38,182 nucleotides of DNA, taken from the IMG/VR virus record IMGVR_UViG_3300049191_000119, positions 1 to 38,182 of that record. One strand, given 5' to 3'. The position numbers were made by a program, and so were the translations under genes. Below the pieces are notes generated by a model that saw only the letters and a list, made by a program, of their open reading frames with translations, had not been told where the DNA came from and ran no database searches. Source of the DNA: a virus. Lineage: Duplodnaviria > Caudoviricetes. This document shows positions 9,308-17,163 of the stretch, piece after piece; within the stretch, counting starts at the first letter, position 1; the number at the start of each line of letters is the position of its first letter.

Positions 9308-11955
9308 CAACCTCTCCCCGGAATGCGGCGGCGACCCGCCCGCATCGCATCGCTCCTGCTCTGGCCGACCGATGCGGCGACCACAACTGGCGCGGATTTT
9401 TCAACGATCGACACGGCGGCATTGCCGGAGATCTGGTGGACCGCCGCCTGCCACATTTCCGTGCTCGCCACCTCGATCCGGACAGCACCACCGCCCGATG
9501 CCGCCTGCAGCGTGCCGGCGGAGATCCGCGGTGCCCTAAAGCTGCCGTTGCGGATCGCCTCCAGCTGCCCGCGACCGATCCGCTTGACGGCTTCCGCGTC
9601 GAAGACGAACTCCTGCCCGTGGACCAGGCCAGCGACCTGGTTGACCGGCATGTTCCCCGTATAGCCGCCCGACGCGAAACCGGGAGGCAGGCTGGGCAGG
9701 GTGTATTGCGGCACCGACGTCGGCATGCTGGCGACAGCGCCGCCGCCGCCGCCAAACAGACCGCCCAGCGCCCGCGTGAGATTGGCCACGATGGTCTGCT
9801 GAATGGCGATCTTAATGAGGTCAGCGACAATGCTGCGGGCGACGTTTGAGAACACCTCGCCCAGATCGCCCGCATTCATGATCGCATCGACCAGGCCATT
9901 GTTCAGATCGTCGAGCGCGCTGACCCCGATATTCTCGAAGGCATCGTCGAGGTTCGCACCCGTCTGAGCGATGCTCCGCTGATACTGCTCCAATGGGCTG
10001 GCATAGCGAAGGTTGAGGGATGCCTGCTCGGCCGCCTGCTTCGCATCCAGCTGCACCAGCGCCGCCTGGGCGATCTTCTTCTGAGCGGCGGTCGCGGTCT
10101 GGCTCGCCAGCACGGCCTCCTGTTCCGCGCGCTCCTGACTCTGCTTCAGCATCAGGATCCGCCGCTGGATTGCGAGCTCTTCCTTGCGGCCCATGGCAAG
10201 ATCCAGCTGCGACTCCAGCACGTCCTGCATTGCCCTGTTGGCGGCGGTCTCCAGCTCGAACCGTTCTCGGGCCCGATCGTCGGCCGCCTTCCGTTCGGCG
10301 TTGATCTTTTCCTGCGCGACCACGGCAGCCTGCGCGGCCACCAGTTCGCTGCGCTGGGCGGAGGAGAGGTTTTCGTCCAGGTCGAGCCGGCGCTTGTAGC
10401 TTTCAAGCTGGGCGTCGAGCGCGGCCAGTTCTGCCTTCAGCCGATCGTCGATCTCGCCACTATAATCGGCCTGGGCGCGCAGACCGGCGACCGCGAAATT
10501 ATCCCTATCGTCCTCATAACGCGCATCCGATCGGGCAGCACGACGCGCCGCCGCCCGCTCTGATCGATCGCCCTTGTTCCGCGTTTCGAGCAGCTTGAGC
10601 GAGGCATCGCGCGTCTGAGTGTTGCGATTGACAGCAGCATCATATGCGGAGCGATCCCCCGTCCGCTGGAAAGAGCGCCAAGCCGTTTCGTTTGCATCGG
10701 CGAACCGTTGCTCCACACCAGTGCGCGGATCATTTCTGGCCGCGACGTCACGCTGGATCAGCTGCGCATGGCCGGCGAGCATGGCATTGCTCGACTCGTA
10801 GATTTTGACCTTCTGCTCTTTGACTTGCTTTTCGAGCGCATCGACCTGCGCCTTTAACGAAGCATCTTCAGGACTGAGAACGCTGGTCGTGAGTTCGTCA
10901 CCCTTACGCAGAGCCGCACGCAGTCGCGTGTCGGCATCTAGCTTTGCCTTCGCCTTCTCCAATTCAGCGAGAGCAGCTTTGCGGGCATCGAGCGCCAGCT
11001 GGCGATAAGCCCGGGATTGATTGATGGTGTCGATGATACCTTGCCGCGTGGCTTCGGACGCCGATCGCTGGGCGCTGTTCAGCCGATCGACGGCATCGCG
11101 AAGATCGTCGGCAGCGTCTTTATGACCCTTCTTCGCCTGAGCGGCCTTGTCATCCGCCAGCGCAAGCGTGCCCAAGATGGTGACCGCACCTAACATCACC
11201 GCACCCCAAGGGCCCGCCAGGAAGCCGATCAGCCCCGACGCTTCGCCCTTGATCATGCCGATCGCCTGCACCACCTGGGGAGCCTGCCCCGCGAAGATCT
11301 GCATGGGCTTCGCACCCATGCCGAATTGCGTGGCGACGTCGCTGATCTGGAAGGACAGCTGCTGGTAGCCCGCCTTCTGCTCACCCGCGCTCGCAGCCGC
11401 TTTACGGCCTGCGCCCTGAAACTGTCCCGTGGCTGCGGCCGCGAGATTAGCCTCGATTTGGACCCGCTCCAGTGCGCCTGCCTGCTCCGCCAGCTGCCGC
11501 GCTTGCAGTTCGGCCTGTGCTGCTGCGGCGCGAGCGGCCCGAACCTGAATGTCGGTGGCGCGGGAGAGTTCATTCTCGCCGAGTGCGGCCCTTTCGGCCG
11601 CATCCGCGATCAGGCGCAGGGCAGCCGCCTGCTGTTGAGCCGCCGCCGCTGCCGCCTTTGCGTCGCCGACGCCAAGGTCGAGCCCGCCACCTTTCAGGCG
11701 AGGCGCTTCGATCGCCTGCGCTGCCATCTTCTGGATGTCCGTGAAGTTCTTCCGGAAATCCTCTTTGATGGCGCGCAGCGAATTTGAGAGACCCGCGCCC
11801 TTCAGCTGCGAAAAGCGCTGCTCCACCTTGTCGAGTTCGCGCTCGACCACCTTCTCGAAGTCACCGACGACATTCTCGGCAGCCGACATGTTCCTGCGCA
11901 ACAGTTCGGTCGATGCGTCGATGCGCAGCAACAGGTCTTTCACATCAGTGGCCAA
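9307..11955 (-). CDS. Tail tape measure protein
   Basis: 882 aa Ala-rich helical; lambda-type QQLSFQISDVATQ...QIFAGQAPQV motif; C-terminal FASGGYTG...AGLVHGQEFV; TTG start with GGAG RBS. Confidence 0.93.
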   Translation of the reverse strand: MATDVKDLLLRIDASTELLRRNMSAAENVVGDFEKVVERELDKVEQRFSQLKGAGLSNSLRAIKEDFRKNFTDIQKMAAQAIEAPRLKGGGLDLGVGDAKAAAAAAQQQAAALRLIADAAERAALGENELSRATDIQVRAARAAAAQAELQARQLAEQAGALERVQIEANLAAAATGQFQGAGRKAAASAGEQKAGYQQLSFQISDVATQFGMGAKPMQIFAGQAPQVVQAIGMIKGEASGLIGFLAGPWGAVMLGAVTILGTLALADDKAAQAKKGHKDAADDLRDAVDRLNSAQRSASEATRQGIIDTINQSRAYRQLALDARKAALAELEKAKAKLDADTRLRAALRKGDELTTSVLSPEDASLKAQVDALEKQVKEQKVKIYESSNAMLAGHAQLIQRDVAARNDPRTGVEQRFADANETAWRSFQRTGDRSAYDAAVNRNTQTRDASLKLLETRNKGDRSERAAARRAARSDARYEDDRDNFAVAGLRAQADYSGEIDDRLKAELAALDAQLESYKRRLDLDENLSSAQRSELVAAQAAVVAQEKINAERKAADDRARERFELETAANRAMQDVLESQLDLAMGRKEELAIQRRILMLKQSQERAEQEAVLASQTATAAQKKIAQAALVQLDAKQAAEQASLNLRYASPLEQYQRSIAQTGANLDDAFENIGVSALDDLNNGLVDAIMNAGDLGEVFSNVARSIVADLIKIAIQQTIVANLTRALGGLFGGGGGAVASMPTSVPQYTLPSLPPGFASGGYTGNMPVNQVAGLVHGQEFVFDAEAVKRIGRGQLEAIRNGSFRAPRISAGTLQAASGGGAVRIEVASTEMWQAAVHQISGNAAVSIVEKSAPVVVAASVGQSRSDAMRAGRRRIPGRG

Positions 11956-12038
11956 TGCTCACTCCACGACAAATGGGCCACCGGGGAACCCGGCAGCCTG
12001 CAATGCTCTTCGATCGACGGAACCCGCCCTGCGGCGGT

Positions 12039-12785
12039 TCAGTCCCTCAGCTTCAGTCCGATTCGGTAGGAGCCGTTCGACATGCGCGACCGATGGCCTG
12101 CGCGACGAAGCGCCCACCCAAAGGCCGATATGCTCATATCCTCTTCGCCCTGCTCGACGCACCAGCGCCGGAAGTCATGAAACAGGGCTTGCGTCCTGAT
12201 CTTGTGCCCCGGCGCGCGCTCCGTCCGCTCATTCAGCCAGGCGACGACCGACGACGGCACATTATCGACTTCTTCGCTTTCGTCATCCGGCTCCACCGGA
12301 GGAAGGCCGATGCTGTTCCACATGCGCCGGATCGCAGGGCGTCCGTAGGCAAGGCGGATTTCCCGCGCTAGCGACAACTTACGCTCCAGATCGTCGCCCC
12401 GTACATGCTCCAGTAGCGGCGATTCGTCGGGCAGCAGATCATCGCGACCGTCGTCATTGACCGCCGACCGCAGCGCTGCCTCCATCCGATCGAAGGCGTC
12501 GATATAGGCGATCTTCCATTCCAGCGCCCGAGTGCCGGTGAAGCCCATGGCCAGCAGGGTGAAGCCCTTGCGGTCCATTTCGTAATAATGGCGCTGGCGG
12601 GTTGAGCCCTTGCCCGCTTCAAAGCTGTCGATCATCAATCCAAAATTGGATTGTAGATCGGGGCGGGCCTTGAGGAGGGTGGCAATCGACCTGAGCACAT
12701 GAGCATGCTGCTTCTCGAAGGACCGCGCAACGTCCAGACTGCTTGCCAGCACGGCCTCGCCGCGAACCTGCACCAGCGCCGTCAT
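12039..12785 (-). CDS. Rha-family phage regulatory protein with C-terminal primase-type winged-helix domain
   Basis: Rha motifs SSLDVARSFEKQHAHVLRSI and YEMDRKGFTLLAMGFTG..ALEWKIAYIDAFDRME; start 12785 by ATGA overlap; C-terminal 69 aa align with the primase-helicase C-terminus. Confidence 0.88.
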   Translation of the reverse strand: MTALVQVRGEAVLASSLDVARSFEKQHAHVLRSIATLLKARPDLQSNFGLMIDSFEAGKGSTRQRHYYEMDRKGFTLLAMGFTGTRALEWKIAYIDAFDRMEAALRSAVNDDGRDDLLPDESPLLEHVRGDDLERKLSLAREIRLAYGRPAIRRMWNSIGLPPVEPDDESEEVDNVPSSVVAWLNERTERAPGHKIRTQALFHDFRRWCVEQGEEDMSISAFGWALRRAGHRSRMSNGSYRIGLKLRD

Positions 12786-13276
12786 GCGAGATGCGCCTTC
12801 ATCATCAGCCGTTCGACATCCCACATCACCGCCTCGAACACGGTGGTGCCGTCCTTTTCATTCCGCAGAAATTCGTCGGGCCGTTCCTTGATCGCTTCCA
12901 TCTTGGCGTAAAGGGCGGGCAGTGTCGTGATGCGCGCCGTCAGCATCGCATATTCGGCGGCGTCGTGCATCATGCCCCACCGATCCATGATCGCGTCGGG
13001 CATGTCGCGATCCTGATAGTTCGCGCAGTCGGCTATCCAGTCCTCATGGATATCCAGCCATTGCTGGCGCGCAGCCCAGAAGATCGCATCAACCCTGCGG
13101 GATACCAGAACAGGGTCTTCCCATTGCGCGGCGACCGCCGTCGCAGGGACGGCAGCCGCGACGGGAGCGAGCAGCATGCCCGCCAAGAGGCCACGGCGAG
13201 AGGGGGAAACTTCGCCAACATTTCCCGATGTAACGTAACGATCGCCCGTGCTAGGGGCGGCAACAGCCTGAGACAT
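12782..13276 (-). CDS. Hypothetical protein with twin-arginine-like signal
   Basis: GGAGG RBS before ATG 13276; SRRGLLAGMLLAPVAAAVPATAVAA followed by acidic helical domain. Confidence 0.75.
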   Translation of the reverse strand: MSQAVAAPSTGDRYVTSGNVGEVSPSRRGLLAGMLLAPVAAAVPATAVAAQWEDPVLVSRRVDAIFWAARQQWLDIHEDWIADCANYQDRDMPDAIMDRWGMMHDAAEYAMLTARITTLPALYAKMEAIKERPDEFLRNEKDGTTVFEAVMWDVERLMMKAHLA

Positions 13277-13299
13277 GGGTTCCTCCATGTGGATGGTCA

Positions 13300-13333
13300 G
13301 GGTCGGTTGGAAGTTACCGCTTCCTTCCGGCCC
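13300..13333. promoter_or_regulatory. Stem-loop in leader between RHH gene and twin-arginine gene
   Basis: GGGTCGG-TT-GGAAG-TTACCG-CTTCC-TT-CCGGCCC two-part stem; candidate leftward promoter TTGCAT-N17-TAAAGA at 13369-13341. Confidence 0.55.
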
Positions 13334-13355
13334 GCCTTTTCTTTAAGCAGAAAAT

Positions 13356-13538
13356 ATGAGTGATGCAATAACTGCTAAAAGAAAAAGAGGCCGCCCTGCT
13401 GTAGGGTCAACCACGGTAGGCGTCCGACTGCCTCCTAACGACCTTGCCGAACTAGACACGTGGATTGCCGCTCAGCCTGACCAGCCAACCCGCCCCGAGG
13501 CTGTCCGCCGTCTCATGAAAGCTGCCTTAGAAGGCTAA
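13356..13538 (+). CDS. Ribbon-helix-helix (CopG/Arc-like) DNA-binding protein
   Basis: KRKRGRP arm, beta strand TVGVRL, helices LAELDTWI and TRPEAVRRLMKAAL; runs against the late operon. Confidence 0.82.
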   Translation: MSDAITAKRKRGRPAVGSTTVGVRLPPNDLAELDTWIAAQPDQPTRPEAVRRLMKAALEG

Positions 13539-13541
13539 CCT

Positions 13542-13952
13542 TCAGTCGTTCAGAGCTTCGCGAACGCTGTCGAGCCAATCATAATAGCCGCCCTCATCGT
13601 CGAATAATTCGGCGAAGTCAGCCAACGAATCGACATTGATGCCCAAGGTCAGCACGACGCCGCGCGACGGCTTTGACCGTGTACCACCAGTGATGCGATG
13701 GATTAACGAACTGATCTGCGCGCCCTGCGCAATCTTCTCACCGATCCACTCATTATGATCGCGATTGATGTAGCCGATCTGGACGCCACGTTTCGACATC
13801 ACCTTGAGCGCACTGGCATCGTAGGCATTCTCGGGTTCAGGTTCGATGAGAACCACTTCCCCCCGTTCGCAGCACTCCAGCTCAAGCTGACGGCTAGAGC
13901 CATCTAAATTGGTGTGAGATTCTCCAACGACACCAACGGTATAGACAGGCAT
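13542..13952 (-). CDS. Stand-alone HIRAN-domain protein
   Basis: VVGESH...EPEPENAYDASALKV...QIGYI motifs; AGGGGAG RBS before ATG 13952; acidic C-terminus. Confidence 0.85.
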   Translation of the reverse strand: MPVYTVGVVGESHTNLDGSSRQLELECCERGEVVLIEPEPENAYDASALKVMSKRGVQIGYINRDHNEWIGEKIAQGAQISSLIHRITGGTRSKPSRGVVLTLGINVDSLADFAELFDDEGGYYDWLDSVREALND

Positions 13953-13972
13953 TTCGACTCCCCTTTCGGGCG

Positions 13973-14098
13973 TCACCTATCACGATCATCCACGCAATTC
14001 ATAGACTTCCATCCCTCCATGGCAGCCCAGAACTCGTGCGGCGTGCTTGCCCACCATTCATGAGGCCGCCATTGAAGGGCAGCGGCCGCAAGGCCCAT
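13973..14098 (-). CDS. Tail assembly chaperone, C-terminal (gpT-like) part
   Basis: MGLAAAALQWRPHEWWASTPHEFWAAMEG matches the W.P.EFW..TP.E pattern; TGATG overlap with upstream chaperone. Confidence 0.72.
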   Translation of the reverse strand: MGLAAAALQWRPHEWWASTPHEFWAAMEGWKSMNCVDDRDR

Positions 14099-14514
14099 CA
14101 GCCGACGACGGGGGCTGACGCCGTCGTCTTCTTCGTCGCCGTCGGCTTCAGTTCCCCCGCTGCGGTGTATCCGCCGGTGGTCGCCATCGCCAGCATGCCG
14201 GCAATCGTAGATAGCGCCATGGAAAAGCCGCCCTCTGACTCGATCATCAGTTCGGCGATGCGGGTCGGGTTGGATCCGGCATAGCCCTTGTTTTCCGTGG
14301 CGCGGCCCCATGCACGGACGCACTCGCACGCGATGATGGCCGTGTCGCCCGCGCTGAGCGTCCCGGCAAGCGCGGACTGGGCGAGTTCCATAAGGCCCTT
14401 GCCCGTCGCGCGTTCAAAGCCATGGATAGCCTCATAGCTGGGGCGCAGGCCGACCGGCTCACCATCCAGGGTGAGCGTGAGCTCACCCCGTTCACTGTTG
14501 GCCGCGCGGTTCAC
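14098..14514 (-). CDS. Tail assembly chaperone (GTA-gp10-like, gpG analogue)
   Basis: GTG start overlapping tail tube stop; ANSERGELTLTLDG...LRPSYEAI..FE motif. Confidence 0.78.
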   Translation of the reverse strand: MNRAANSERGELTLTLDGEPVGLRPSYEAIHGFERATGKGLMELAQSALAGTLSAGDTAIIACECVRAWGRATENKGYAGSNPTRIAELMIESEGGFSMALSTIAGMLAMATTGGYTAAGELKPTATKKTTASAPVVG

Positions 14515-14942
14515 GCGAGCGTATCCGTCGTCGGAGCGGCGGCCAGCGTCAGTTGGAAGTCGCACTTCACGACATCATTCTTGCCCATGTCGGTGTTGAA
14601 GTTGCCGACATACATGGACGCTTCAAACACCACGTCAGCTTCCACGCCCTCGGAGCCACCCTTCCGGATCTGGAAGCCGATCGGAGTGCTCCCTGCCGCT
14701 GCCGCTTCCAGCTTGGTGAAGCCATTGGCATCGGGCAGATTGGGGTAGATCTCGCTGTCGATCGTCAGCGCCTTCAGCCCCGGGGCCTGAGTACCATAGG
14801 GGAAGTCGTCCTTCGTCGATGTGTCGATCAGGTTCGAAGTGCGGTTGATCTTGAGCGAGGTGCCGCCCTTGATCTCATTATAGGTGCCCGGCGTGGCGCT
14901 CTCGATCCACAGCCGATAGTCATTGCCCAATTTCTTGCCCAT
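14511..14942 (-). CDS. Major tail tube protein
   Basis: IDTSTKDD, GLKALTI motifs; AAGGAG RBS; synteny. Confidence 0.88.
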   Translation of the reverse strand: MGKKLGNDYRLWIESATPGTYNEIKGGTSLKINRTSNLIDTSTKDDFPYGTQAPGLKALTIDSEIYPNLPDANGFTKLEAAAAGSTPIGFQIRKGGSEGVEADVVFEASMYVGNFNTDMGKNDVVKCDFQLTLAAAPTTDTLA

Positions 14943-14980
14943 CGTTCACTCCTTCAGGTTAGTCCGCGCGGGACATGCGA

Positions 14981-15370
14981 TCAGGCGCGAAGCGCCAGGA
15001 TCTGAAACCGGCTCTCGCCGACATAGCCAGCGCCCTCGGCGTCCAGCACGGCGGTTGCGCCGAGGAACGCGAAGGACAGGGTCCAGCCATCATGCTCAGC
15101 CTGCGCGCCATCCAGCGCCGCCTCGGCCTTGCCCTTTATCTGCAGCAGCGACTTGCGCTCTTCCGCTTCCGTGACGGTCATCACCGACAGCGTGGCGAGG
15201 CGGTCGGGATCATTCTTCCCGCCCAGCGGCGCGGCTTCGATATCGCCGATGATGACGACAGGGGGCGGCGTGTCTTCCGGCACATGCTGGTAAACCGGCG
15301 CGCCCAGGTCGGCGATCGCGGAGAGTAGATCGAACGCGACCTTCTCGATCGCGTCTTCAGCACTGGTCAT
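14981..15370 (-). CDS. Tail terminator (DUF3168-like)
   Basis: VYQHVPEDTPPPVVIIGD motif; upstream of tail tube. Confidence 0.8.
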   Translation of the reverse strand: MTSAEDAIEKVAFDLLSAIADLGAPVYQHVPEDTPPPVVIIGDIEAAPLGGKNDPDRLATLSVMTVTEAEERKSLLQIKGKAEAALDGAQAEHDGWTLSFAFLGATAVLDAEGAGYVGESRFQILALRA

Positions 15371-15831
15371 CAATCACCCCCTGCGACGCGGCGCAGGATC
15401 CGGTCCCAGACGCCTTTCAGTCGATTATTGAGCACCGCGCGCGCGTCCGAATAGCGACCCGTGACGAACCGCTTCGCGCCGATCGCGCGCACCCGCATGG
15501 TGTAGCGGCTCGTGCCGCCACCAGGCGTCCGCCTCTTGGCGGTCACGGTCTGGCCTTTGCGGCCAAGGTCGAGGATGCGGGCATAGAAGAGTTTGCGCTT
15601 CTCAGCCTTCGTGCCGGTGATACCGATCGATACCGACAGCGCGTTGCGGCGCAGCCGGCGCTTGATGCCAGCCTGCAGCGCGCCGGTGCGGCGTGGCGCG
15701 CGGGCCACCATCTGCCGTTCTATGTCCCGGCTGCCGTCGTCCAGCACAGTGGCGATCTCATCGCGGGCAGCATCGGGCAGAGAACGAAAGAGGCGGCGGA
15801 TCGACGCGCCACCCTGGACACGACGCGCCAT
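15370..15831 (-). CDS. HK97 gp10-like tail completion protein
   Basis: APRRTGALQAGI and FYARILDLG motifs, basic; start at TGATG overlap 15831. Confidence 0.8.
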   Translation of the reverse strand: MARRVQGGASIRRLFRSLPDAARDEIATVLDDGSRDIERQMVARAPRRTGALQAGIKRRLRRNALSVSIGITGTKAEKRKLFYARILDLGRKGQTVTAKRRTPGGGTSRYTMRVRAIGAKRFVTGRYSDARAVLNNRLKGVWDRILRRVAGGD

Positions 15832-16202
15832 CAGCCGAGGCCCGCCTGCCATTCGCAGTCGAGCTCGAGCCGATCGTGGCGGCCGTAGGGATCGTCGATC
15901 CGCCTGATATTCCACGGGCCGCCGATAACCTCATAGGCATCGCCGACCTTCTTCACTTCGACGAGCCGATGCTTGGCCGTCACATCGGAACGATGCCGGA
16001 TCACGAACCGGGTGACGCTGACCGCGCGCTGGATGCTGTCACGGGTAATCTCATCGCCGCGCAGCGGCACCTTCTTCGCCCAGGTGACCGCCACCGGCGA
16101 CCAGGCCGTCGTCCATCCGCCTTGCCCATTCGAAACCCGGGCCTCGACCTCGATCCGGATCCGGGTGCGAAGATCGCCGGCGCGCAGCGGTTGAAACGCC
16201 AT
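15831..16202 (-). CDS. Head closure / head-tail adaptor (SPP1 gp16-like)
   Basis: LRAGDLRTRIRIE...GQGG..TAW..VWA...FVIRHRSDV; TAATG overlap. Confidence 0.85.
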   Translation of the reverse strand: MAFQPLRAGDLRTRIRIEVEARVSNGQGGWTTAWSPVAVTWAKKVPLRGDEITRDSIQRAVSVTRFVIRHRSDVTAKHRLVEVKKVGDAYEVIGGPWNIRRIDDPYGRHDRLELDCEWQAGLG

Positions 16203-16771
16203 TACAGCACCGGCATCCTGTAGCCGCTGCATAGCAGGCCAAAGGCTGCGGGCATGCCGCCGCTCGCCTCGCCCTCCATGGCGACGTCGCGCATGGCGTA
16301 GAGATGGCCGAGCGCCAGCTTGGCAGCTGCGATCAGCGGCCGAGGGCAAGCGTCGGCTGCATAGCCCGCATCAAACGTCACGGTGACCGGCCCGCCCGTA
16401 GGCCAGCTGGTGCCCGGTGCCGGGACCAGCGCGCCATCGACCGAAAGCCGCCAGCTGCCAGCGGGCAGATCGATGGGCTCGCCGTCGCTCCCGATGTAGC
16501 TGACGGCCGTCACGTTGACGGTGGGCACTGGCCCGACGCCCAAGTTCATTCCGCGCCCGAAGGCGGGGAAGGTCGCCACGATGCCGGTCACCACGCCGAG
16601 GCGGACGCTGCAGAACTTCTCGACCAGCTGCAGGGCAGCGTCGCGAAGCACTTCAATGAGATCATCCTCCTCGGCATCATCCACGCGCAGATGCAGCTTG
16701 GCCGCATCCAGGCTCAGCAGGGCCTCCCCATAGCCTTCTGGCATGGCCGTGGGGGTCAGGGTGAACAGCAT
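16202..16771 (-). CDS. Head-tail connector (HK97 gp6-like)
   Basis: LSLDAAKLHLRVD..EEDDLI, VTFDAGY, HLYAMR, LL..YR motifs. Confidence 0.88.
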   Translation of the reverse strand: MLFTLTPTAMPEGYGEALLSLDAAKLHLRVDDAEEDDLIEVLRDAALQLVEKFCSVRLGVVTGIVATFPAFGRGMNLGVGPVPTVNVTAVSYIGSDGEPIDLPAGSWRLSVDGALVPAPGTSWPTGGPVTVTFDAGYAADACPRPLIAAAKLALGHLYAMRDVAMEGEASGGMPAAFGLLCSGYRMPVL

Positions 16772-16786
16772 CGCGGCGCGCGCCCC

Positions 16787-17101
16787 TTACTTGGCTTCGG
16801 CCTTGGCGAAGGCGATCGCCTCCTTATCCGCGTCGGCCCAGCCCTCTTTGACGGCGCGCTTCGCTTCCGCCGGGAGGAGCCGCGCAACGCTGTCGGCCTT
16901 ATGCTCGCCGCGATCGACCAGCACGCGCACCTCGACCTTGCTGGCCTCGATCGCTTCGGCGAGTTCCTGCTCGCCGTCGGCCAGCGCCTGCGCCGCCTTC
17001 GCCAGGTCCGCTTTCAGCGTTTCATTTTCAGGGTCACCGGCGAGCGCCTCACGCGCAGCGGTGACGGCGGCCTGCAGAGCCGCGATATTCGGTTTCGACA
17101 T
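16787..17101 (-). CDS. Small Ala-rich protein downstream of capsid
   Basis: 104 aa from MSKPNIAAL; host-like codon usage; fills gap between capsid and connector. Confidence 0.65.
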   Translation of the reverse strand: MSKPNIAALQAAVTAAREALAGDPENETLKADLAKAAQALADGEQELAEAIEASKVEVRVLVDRGEHKADSVARLLPAEAKRAVKEGWADADKEAIAFAKAEAK

Positions 17102-17128
17102 GGAAGATCCCCAAACCAATGAAAGGAC

Positions 17129-17156
17129 AAAAGGGCCCGGCGATTAGGCCGGGCCC
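17129..17156 (-). terminator. Intrinsic terminator after major capsid gene
   Basis: Minus strand GGGCCCGGC-CTAATC-GCCGGGCCC-TTTT directly after capsid stop. Confidence 0.7.
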
Positions 17157-17163
17157 CGCGTCA

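Noticed and set aside
13356-13952. RHH + HIRAN as a type II toxin-antitoxin pair
   Set aside because: Genes are convergent, not co-transcribed, and HIRAN has no toxin motif
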